The notes beneath the pieces are model-generated. The model was not told where the DNA came from and searched no databases. It was given only the letters and a program-made list of their open reading frames with translations. From positions 16,122,001 through 16,186,000 of the forward strand of contig CM052818.1 of the NCBI GenBank assembly GCA_028534125.1: a stretch of 64,000 nucleotides of DNA, read 5' to 3'. A program made the position numbers and the translations under genes. This DNA comes from Lama glama. Its lineage: Eukaryota. Shown in pieces: positions 53,642 to 64,000 of the stretch (positions are counted from its first letter, which is position 1; every line of letters begins with the position of its first letter).

Positions 53642-54319
53642 GCCCTGTAACTCAAACGGTACTCAAAGAAAGGTAGTATATAAATAGAAAGTAGTATCAC
53701 AAAAAGAGGATTTATCGAAAGAGAAAATGGTCTTCATAAGCACATAAGGTCTAGCTATTGGTAATGTGAATATACACGTATAAGTTATATTAAAATACTT
53801 AACCTTGTTCACATAATAACCTTTTATAATTAAACAAACTGTCTTGTTTTAGCTGAACCCATGGGTATAATCTTCAAATCAGTCAGTTAAGATGTATCGA
53901 GACTTGTAACTCTAGTTAAGACATCATACTAGACAGACACTATACAGGAAACAGAGAAGGGCTCTTTAAGACATGATGACTACTGGCTTGTCAAGCTGAA
54001 ATCACTAGAAAATTGAAGAGAATAGAAATAATTCAAAATAAAAGCGAAGATATAAAGGCCAGCATATAAAGGTGGTTGGAGTTAGATCTGTGATGTTTCT
54101 GAGACTTGAGGTTAAAATGAATGAGGGTATAAGGTCAGAAACTGGATTTTCAGAAATACCTGTGCATTATGAACCACACACTGTCTTTCAATTCTATTAT
54201 TGGATAGTGAATATTCTAAATTATCCTCCAGGTAAAAACCCTATGAAAATGAGTAAAACATAGCCAATAGACTTTTAAGAACATAGCTATATTCACAAGA
54301 AAGTAAAGGAAGCACAGAA

Positions 54320-54548
54320 GGACTCAGCCTGTTTGGGATGACATAACAAAAGTACCATAAACTTGGTAGCTTATAAACAACAAGCATCTATTTTTCTCAG
54401 TTCTGGAGGCTAGGAAATCCAAAATCCTGGCACAAGTCTGGTAAGGGCCAGTGTTGTATTGACCACCAACTTCTTACTGTCACCTCACATGGCAAAAGAT
54501 GCAAGGGATCTCTCTGAGAGCTCTTTTATAAAGATACTAATCCCACCA
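54320..54548 (-). mobile_element. Partial MLT1A/B-like LTR
   Basis: 'cataacaaaagtaccataaacttggtagcttataaacaac...cagttctggaggctaggaaatcc...cctcacatggc'. Confidence 0.75.
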
Positions 54549-55551
54549 AAACAAAAGAGGGAGATGGCAATGAAAGCCAGAATGCTAATTTGATTCCGAA
54601 GGGTTGATTCTGTAGTTATCCAAGGACTTTCGTTTATTTCGGGAAATCAAGAAATTAGAGCCCTGGGTTTAATCTCTGTTTTGAGTCAGGAAGCCAGAGT
54701 TTTGGCCTGAGCTGGGAGGAGAGCTGAGCTGCAGTTCTCAAGTAAAGCCAAGGTTGCGAAAGCTGCATACTTAGTGAAAAGCAAACTAAGAAATAAAATT
54801 TAAAACAAAGTGCTTCCCCCAACAAAGGGCGATTATAAAATCTTTCCTGTTAATTTTTTTTATGGTAAATACAATCTCCTCAAAGAGGTCTTGAGAATGA
54901 ATTTACAATACCTGTGATGATTCAAGATGAGAAATTAAATTAAAATGGTCATAAATTGTTGGTAGTATAGTGAATCTGGCAGAAGTAATACAAAGTCTTT
55001 CCTGAGAAGTACCTACTCAAACAATGCTGGAAATACTCGTAAGAGAAACCTGACTGCTGGTGATATCAGATATTGGAATTAGTGATTAAAAAGTATAAAA
55101 TAATTAAGGAAACTAAGAAAAGTTAAAGTTTAGAAACTTTAAAAACACCTCAAATAAATCTAAATTAAAAGAAAAGTCATATTTGAAATAATAAAATATA
55201 CATAACTATACAAAAATGAAAATGTGAACTAACACAACTAGTAAGATGATGTTTGACAAGTAACGGTAAGTTTATAGTTATATATTTTTATTATAAGATC
55301 AAAGGCCAAAAATTAACATAAGATGAAAAATGAGCAATAAAATAGATTAGAATGGTTGCATGAATACTGGATGGCACACTTTGGAGAGCAATATGGTAGT
55401 ATCTGTAAAGCTGAAGATGATCTGCAGTCTGTAAAACTTAACAATTTTACAAACTGTCTTGTACATGAATATGCTTTGTTGACTTCATTATGACTGCAAA
55501 AACTTGAAAACCACCTAAATTCTCACTAACAGGAAAACAGATAAATAAATT

Positions 55552-55700
55552 GATATATATATACACATATTAATTATATAGTATATTTATAATATATAGT
55601 ATACAATGTATCTTGGATAGTATAACATATAATATATATACTATATAGTTGTATATTAGTACATATATTGATATATAAATTATAGTATATATATTTACAT
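55552..55700. repeat. (TA)-rich low-complexity tract
   Basis: Read directly from the sequence. Confidence 0.8.
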
Positions 55701-58700
55701 AGAATTTGACATGTTAGTGGGAAAGAATGAAATAAAGGTAACCATAACAAACCATAACAATCTGCATTAAACTAATAAACAGTTCACTAGCCAAAAACAT
55801 GATAAAAATAATATGGATACATGAGTAATGCTAACGTGAACATTTTGAGCAAGTGCTTGAAATCCATATGTATTTCTGTTGAATACAGATATACCTAGGA
55901 GGGGAATTACTGGGTCTTATAATACTGTTACTTTCCTCCATGCTTACAGAGGAACTTGAAAGTTTTCCAAAATAATTGTGCCTATTTACATTCTCAACAT
56001 TAATATATAAAAATTTCAGTTGCTCCGTATCTTTGCTAATTTAACATTTGGTATCCTTAGCTTTATAAAATCTAACCAGATTCACCATCTGGAGTGTGGT
56101 CATAATCATGTACTTTCTGTTAGCTTGAATTATCACTGTGGCCATCTAATGATCCCAAAATTTGTTGCTTTTTTTTTTTTCCTATTTTGAAACTTTGGAA
56201 ATTGAAACACACTATTTACTTCAAGTGTGTCCATGAACAGTCTGAATAAATTACTCAATCTCTGTTCACTATTCATCCACACTATTATTCCTTTAATAAT
56301 TTGGTCTGTAAACACAAAAGACAACACATATAGGGACTCACCATGTTCTTGACATCTAACTTATTCTCCATAAAAGCTCTTCAGTCAACATTATTGTGTG
56401 GCTTTCTGTGATCTCTCACAATAGAGACTCATTATTCTAATTCTCTTTCCCATTAAAATTTCTCATCCTACTGCAAACTCCCAACAAAGGAAAATCTATC
56501 TCATATATTTTATTTTATATTTCATTCTTCATAATACTTTATCTGTATTTCAGAACAAGGTTTGGCATATTTGTGGACTAATTTAATAAGTCAATCCATA
56601 TGCCTTACTAGCTGTTTTCAAGTTAATGGAAATGAGCTGGCATTTAATGAGTAAATACAGATTCTGCTGCACTGAAACATCTGGCAATTGCTTCCTGAGA
56701 CTCTTTTATTGTTGGTACTTACCCCTTTGGTTTTACCTTGTGTTTCTTTTAAATATTTGTGTAGATCAATAATAAAATGGTATTCTTTCTTAAATCTTGC
56801 CTAGGGCCTTGAAAAACGCACATGGTCTTTAAAAAAGATGTTTTCATTCTTTTACACTTTGACATTTGCTCTGGCTATTACTGAAATGGTCTTGGTTTTA
56901 AAAAGTGCCTCATTTTCTTAAATGCTTAAGGAAAAATACTAAAGACAAAACAACTATTTTATCTCCTATACAGTGTAGTTCACAATAAATTTACGTATCA
57001 GTTCTATTGAGAAATAATAAAATATAAGTAAAACATAAACTACAACCTCTGATTATATCTGAAGATCTACATAGAAGTCAACTGAAATTTCTTAAGCACT
57101 TCTACATGCCAAGCAATTTCCACTATCTTTTTAATCCTCTAATTAATCCTATTGGAAAAATATTATCGGTCATATTTCCTAACAGGAAACTGTAACTGGA
57201 AAATATTAAAATTAATCAGTGTCATGAACAGTTAAGTATCAGAGTTTAGAAACTGACTGATTAATTATGTATTATGTATTTTTTAACAGGTTTTCATGCC
57301 AGAACTGTTAGAACTTAAAAAGTAGCAGAACTGGTTTTTTTTTTGCTTTTTCACCATTGTATTCTGTGTGTTTAACACACTGCTTGAAACTTACTAAATA
57401 TTCAATAAATTCATGTTCTTTGTTAGATAAACGAGATGAATAATATCATATGATTTCAATCTGGCAGCAGCATGCAAGATAAATGTGAACAGAGAGGCAG
57501 GAAGAATAATTCGCTTTTATGGTAGTATTTTGAGTATGAAAGTGTTAAGAATCTTAATTAAGGTCACTTCAGGAGGAATGGAAAAGAAAGGATATAAATA
57601 AATTATAAGATTGGCAGCTATACAGACTCTCTGTGTGACTTACACCTCTCTGAGGAAAATAACAAATTTCATACATTGATTACACTGCAATTATCTGGCT
57701 ATTTTTTATTTTATGTTGTCATTGTACTACACACAACTTATTTCACTCATCACATTTTTACTCTAAACTTCCAAAAGACTGTCTGTTTTATGCAAACTCT
57801 CAGTCAGGAATATGTTTATTGTAGTGTGGATACAAATTTTTCAAAGAATTTACTATGGCTACAAAATCAGGTGCACATAAAATTGAGATACGGCTCTAGT
57901 TTAAATCATGTTAGTATTTCTCTGCCTAACATAAAGCACAGACCTTCAAGGAGCACATTTATTTATTTCACTTTATATTTGTAATTCCTGGCCATAGTGT
58001 GTTGTTTGCAAAATAACTACAGTTGTTTAAGTGAAGTAATATTTTTGGCTCTTAAGGGGTATTTTTCAAAGTTGGTCAACTGATGTAAAACTTGAGTATT
58101 TAATATGAGTAAAGGAAGCCGTTTTCCTATTATCTGAGGGAGTCTGCATGGGAATTCATCATTATCATTATCACTAGGCAGTGTGTTGAGCACCAGAAAA
58201 GCTGGATATTATTCATTCTGAAAGCTTTGAGGGCACACTATACATCAGCTCATTGCTTTTTAATAGACTCAACAAAGGAATCGGGTGTGTGGAGAACAAC
58301 AATTGCAATGGTTTTCCATATATACAGAATATTTAACCATGAATATCACATATAAAATAGACATTGCTTTTTTTCCCCTTATATCAGGAAAGAAGTATAA
58401 ATAGATTCACTTTACAATATGTTGTTAAGAATATTAGAATTTTCATACTTGAAAGTTAGATTGGCCATACTGTTTTGTTGTAGAGCTGAAGTTAAAATTC
58501 AAGTAACATAAATTCTTTTCTGGTGTCCACTCCTTACTGCAGGGAAATAGTGTCTTTAAATTGCCCAAATCTTAGTAACACTGGAAACAAATAGATCTTG
58601 GAAATAAGTTAATTTTGGAAAAGAAAAATTTGAGGTAAATAAGCTATTGGAACAACTTGCCATGACTTTAAGAAAGTTATCAATTTATATCTGTTTTGAA

Positions 58701-58849
58701 ACTGGCTCAGAGAATATAATATGTAAACTATGGTTAGCTACTGACTTGAAAATCACCTTACTTTGCAATTTCTTTTCTTATTCCTAATCAGATATTGGAA
58801 AAGAAGTTTTACAATATTTACTTGAACTCTCTCTCCCTCCCTTTTCTTT

Positions 58850-59032
58850 AAGTTGATGATTCTTAAACTTTAATGCCTATGAAAATCACCCAGGGAGCTT
58901 AAAAATTCCCAGTGCCCAGGCTACACCTCATGTGAATTAAATGAAAGCCTCTAAAGACGACATAAGAGTCAGTAGTTTTTAAAGTTTCCTTGATGATTCC
59001 AATATGAAGCTAAGATTGAAACCAATGCTCTA
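58850..59032. mobile_element. MER5A-like hAT MITE
   Basis: 'ttcttaaactttaatgcctatgaaaatcacccagggagctt...gatgattccaatatgaagctaagattgaaaccaatgctct'. Confidence 0.75.
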
Positions 59033-61269
59033 GATTCTGAATTTCCTCTTTCTCAGGTAAAATATGTTGTATGAGAATATTAAATGCTTGGTACGAAGCT
59101 AAAGGTCTAATTTCCATATTCAAGCAAAGTGCCAAAAGCTCTGAACCTTTTATCCAGATGCTCTTGCTCTCACATTCCTTATTTGTCTCATCCTACGGCA
59201 GACTTCTTGCTATGAATTTTTCGCTATTAAGGCATCTGAGATAAAGAAGACATTGAAAGATAGTCTACCTCTCTTTAGCAGAAAAGGATCTATCTGTGCC
59301 TTGGATTTCAATTATACTTACAGGAATTGATTCAATCTAAATAAATAAATGAAATGATTAGCAACTAATGACAGCGTGAGGCTGGAAAACCTAATTCCAA
59401 ATGTATTTAATTTTAAACATGTAGCAATTGAAATAAATGGCAGATATTCACCACAGTTAAATATCTATATGTCAAACATCAGACTGCTGATAACTCTTCT
59501 TTCTGTGAATATTAACTTTTGTGTCCAGATTTTGAATGAAAATGTAAGCCACTACAGAAAAAAAATGTGGAGTGAATACCAAATATGCTTATTCTATTTT
59601 TATAACCTTTAATTATATGGACACATGTGCTCTAGTAGATTTAGTAGCAGAAATAATAATGTCCGTCTGGAATCAAACATTTCCTAAGTGCCTGCTTGTG
59701 TGCTCAAGGGCTTCATATTTATAAATACATTATTTTTATGATAATAATTACCTTCATTTTATAGGTAGAGAAACTGATATTTATAGACTTTAAATAGCTT
59801 ATTTCCGAGAAGTTCTCTGGTGGATCAAGAATCTAAACTTGATCGGGTATAATTCTAAAAGTACTTCCATGCAATCACTATGCTGGACTAACCGTTAATT
59901 AACATTGTCAGCTTACCATAAAAATAGTTTATAGGCACAAATTGAGGTTAATGCAAAAGATGGGAAAACTACATGATTTTTAACATTCTCTGTAATTTTA
60001 TATCATTTTCTCTCATTGGTGCATAAATCCATTTATCAAATATGTATTAAGACTCTACTCAAAGGGACAGTGTTAGATTCCAGGAAAACAGAGATGAAAT
60101 ATAGGGCCTTTCCCTCAAAGAGCTTGAAGTTATGAGAGAGATGAAAGCTTAAAAGAGTAATTGTTCATTTATGGACTGTTTGTTGTAAGATGAAGAGAAA
60201 TACAATCCAGATGGCAGAGCTGACATGCCTTAAATGATTAAAGATACATCTAGCCCATTGGGACCCAGTTGAAGAGGAGTATATAGATACAGGTTGGGCC
60301 TCCATAAAAATCTTCCATTATCATCAAGTTACCTGGTGGGTAACTATTATTTTCAAATATAACAATGAACACACATGCAATTCACAAAAACACACGCAAA
60401 CACACATACATGTATATAGTGAAACATGTTTTGAACATGAAATCGGCCATTTGGCTTAATACATATAAAAAAATTCTAGAATTTGGTTTTGATTTTTAGT
60501 TATTTTTTAATTGATGTATAATTTAAATGTGCTAAAAGTCATCCTTTTCAGTGTACAACTTTATAAATGTGGACAGATGTATAAAATCATGTGCCACCAC
60601 CACAATATGTTTTCAAATTTTTGTTAGTTTAACCATATGGGTCCCCCTCCTTATTATGAATGTGAAAACATATAACAACAACAAAAAGTATTTCTAATTT
60701 TTAACCAAAGTCACAGTGAAAAAAAAATATATGTGTGAGTTCAACATAAGGCAACATTCAATGACTAAAAATATTAGACTTTTTTTTGATGGAAACTGAT
60801 CACAAAAGAGAGTACCAGGACATTAAAATTATCATATATATACTACTTCTATAGAACTTCTGTGAGACATCAATAAGTTATCATATGCAAATATAGGTTC
60901 CCTTAAATCACAAACTTCTAACGAACAGAATATTAATGTGAAGCAAGAATGTAGGGTATACATGTGACCCGATAAATTAAGAAGAAAAAGTAGATTTGCA
61001 AAAGCAGATTCTAGGTATCTAGACATATTTTACTTCTTTACTGGTAAAGGCCATGGGCCTACATTTTAACATGTGACATTAGGTTAAAGGTCATTTCTGC
61101 TCCTTGAAGTATATATGTAATTAAAAGCATGAGGGATTACTGACCATTGCAACATAGGGGTGCATGACATTTCTAGTCAGTCAAAACTTTATCAGCATCC
61201 TATTCCCAGGCACTGAGATATGCTTTGCTCTTTGTAAAATAATCAAAACATTTGTCAGTTGAAAGCTTA

Positions 61270-61530
61270 TTTTTTTATTAGTTATTTTTTGGATATAAAA
61301 TTGACCTACAACACTATGTTAGTCCCAGGTGCACAACACAGTGATTTGATATTTCTGTACATTACAAAATGGTCACCGCAGTAAGTCTAGTTACCATCTG
61401 TCATCATACGATATTATTGACTATGTTCCCCATGTTGTACATTTCAAACCCATCACCAGTTTATTTTATACCTGGAAATTTGTACCTCTGAATCTCCCTC
61501 ACCTATTTCACTTATCCTCCCTCCCTCCAA
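61270..61530 (-). mobile_element. L1 3' end (L1MA/L1_Art-like), antisense
   Basis: 'tataaaattgacctacaacactatgttagtcccaggtgcacaacacagtgatttgatattt...agtctagttaccatctgtca'. Confidence 0.8.
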
Positions 61531-62039
61531 ACGTTTCTTTTCTAATAAGCTTCCTCTTTGACCTAATACATTATTTTCCACGAACTTCAGTATTATGTAT
61601 AGCTGCACTAATGCTCATAATAGGATGATTTCTATTGTAGCCAAAGCTACATGCAAGCTCTTTGAAATTGCACTAACATTAAAATGACTTGTGTTTAAGG
61701 CATACAATCTCTGATATGGGCTCCATGGGCCAGGCAAAAAGCTGCAGTCATGTGGATAATAAGACCTTAGGGCATAAAATTTATATTAAAATACCTTCAA
61801 CTACTCTGCAGTTTACTAATGCGTACTCTTACAGTAGCAGAGCACCAACCATTCATTTGATTTCTCACTACTGCTAGGTTTTCTGAATGGAGTTGGAGAC
61901 CATTCTCAAGGAGAGATTTGTCATCCTCTCTGACAAATAATCTAATCAGTCTACCCAGCCTCATGATTGTTGTTTTTAATTTGCCAGTCAAGAGAGTTTG
62001 CTTTAATTTGTCTGTTCCTGAGTCTTTGCATCTACTATT

Positions 62040-62630
62040 TTCTCAATACAGTTGTTTTAAAATACAGCTCACTTTAAACTCTTTTGACACTCCTCACTTT
62101 AAACTATTTTTCCCTCCAATTAAATGTGGTCTGGACATAGTTACTTGCTTCTAACAAATAGAATAAATGTGTCATAAATGATGCTATATGACTTCTGAGA
62201 CTAGGTCAAAACTGAATAACTTCTGCTTGTCTCTCTTCTTCTTAGCTTGCTCATTCAGGGGGAGTTTAGTTGCCATGCTAGGAAGATACTTAAAGACTTT
62301 CTGTGGACACATCCATACTGAGAGATACTGAGATCTACTACAAAGCAGCTCCTCGCTACTTGTGTTGACAATCTTGCACTCAGGGCCTCCCATCCTAGTC
62401 AAGCCTTCAAATGACTGCAGCTCCAGGTAACACTTTGTCTGTGACCGTGTGATAGAACCTGAGACACACTGTCCAGTGAAGTTTCTTCCTAATTATTAAC
62501 CCACAGAAACTATGAAAGATATTTATTCTTGCTTTGTGACACTAAATTTTGGGTTAAATTTATCTAATGAATTTAGATGTAATAAGACTTTGGTACACAG
62601 TGGTTGGGTCCTCCTTGAACAAATCCTTTA
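62040..62630 (+). mobile_element. MaLR LTR (MLT1F/G-like) plus start of internal sequence
   Basis: 'tgacttctgagactaggtca...atgactgcagctccag...cccacagaaactatga...cactaaattttggg', then 'tttggtacacagtggttgggt...aacaaatcc' resembling the MLT1-int start. Confidence 0.7.
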
Positions 62631-62644
62631 ACAAAATAAACCAC

Positions 62645-63020
62645 TATGTCCTCAGCCTAGAACACCTTTCTCTCTGATGGGACAACACATTTGTTGCTTC
62701 ATCTCTTTTATGTCCTTTTTTCATGTCACCTTCTTAGTGAAGCATTCCTTAACCATTCTATGTACAATTAAATAACAATACATCCAAAATTCTTACCTCT
62801 GTTCCATGTATTATTACTCTTCTCAATACTAAATATAATCTAACATACAACATATTACACATTTTGCTTCATTATGACATTTTGTTTGTCTCCCTCTTGT
62901 AGAATATGATGACAATCAACGCAGGGATTTTGTCTGTTTCACTAAGTAATTTACTCTAATTCCTAAAACTGTCTGGGACACATTAACACTCAAAAGATCA
63001 TTGTTGAATGAATGAATGAC
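62645..63020 (+). mobile_element. LINE-2 3' end
   Basis: 'tgtcaccttcttagtgaagcattcc...gcagggattttgtctgtttc...ttgttgaatgaatgaatg' with the L2 terminal (TGAA)n. Confidence 0.8.
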
Positions 63021-64000
63021 CTTGGGGAACAAAGCAATGTTGCATGCTAGTAATTTTACGGGCAAGAGTCATCTTCTGAGAGAGGTGTGGTCCTCCATGA
63101 TGTGTGTGTTTTGCCTGCACTATGAGAGTAAATAGGAGTGAGGAGTGAGAACGAAGGGGAAACGGGGGAATAGTGAGGGTAGACACTATTTCAAGATTAG
63201 TATGTTCAAGTATAAGGGATATAATCGCTAAAAAGTTTACATAAGGGCAAAAAGGAAATAGAAAAACCTTTCTATTTAAATTTCTTACTAACAGAAACAT
63301 ACAGTCAAATTTCTTTGTTTTCCACCTATTTTTAATCAACAGGTTGCATTCTTATATATATACATATTATACAGATAAATGTATGTGTGTATATATATAT
63401 ATATATATACAGATAAGGCCAAAAAGTCTTGATCTAGCCTTGATGTTTCACTCTTCCCTCCGCTCCAATAAATAACAAATCACTATTGCTTTTCTCCTAA
63501 AAGTAGTAGACTCTCTCATCTCCTCTGACTCAGTTGTTTCTTTTTTCAAACTTTCTTCTCTTTAGTCTTTATTCAAATCATGTTCAGAGTTATTTTTTAA
63601 CTTAGATCTAATTTTATTACTCTTATGCTAATTTCTTAAATGTTGTCATATTGTTTTTAGGATAAAGACAAAATCCTTAACATTTGTACAGGAATCTGCC
63701 TCTTCTTGCATGTATAGTTCAGCAACCTAGACTTGCTTCCAGATGTATATTCTACATTCTAGCAAGTATTTATTTACACATTAGTCTATATATTCTGTAT
63801 ATTCATCTAATCCTTGCCTTTATTGTATTTCTATTACAATTAGCTTTTCTTTGCCATACTTCATTCAATGATATACGTGAATTAAGTATAGAATATACAT
63901 TATATATATATATATAATATATACACACAGTATCTTAAATCATAAGGGATAAGGGACTACAAATAAATATTTAATCTAGTTAATATTATTTATCAAACAC

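Noticed and set aside
675..63917. Remaining 60-113 aa ORFs in the track
   Set aside because: No recognisable protein similarity; many start at non-ATG codons or lie in repeats.

Overview
AT-rich, CpG-depleted mammalian genomic DNA, most likely from a camelid. The main clue is a tRNA-Ala(AGC)-derived SINE at 26283-26423 resembling camelid vic-1; I saw no primate Alu or ruminant Bov-A/Bov-B. The window reads as intergenic or deep intronic and is dominated by decayed transposable elements: L1s of several ages, L2, MIR, MaLR/ERVL LTRs, hAT-type DNA transposons (Charlie1, MER58, MER53, MER3, MER5) and a class I ERV remnant (RT-RNase H-integrase, PPT, 3' LTR) nested inside an antisense L1MC. I found no intact protein-coding gene; the listed ORFs are short chance frames or TE fragments. 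I cannot support a new biological system here. The best leads are a candidate TATA promoter with a non-coding first exon (~49270-49620), stacked L1 insertions with a triplicated target site (10965-12998), the 5'-truncated ERV chimera, a MER53 hairpin and a few transcription-factor motif clusters. Repeat subfamily names come from recalled consensus sequences, not alignments, and many boundaries are approximate.
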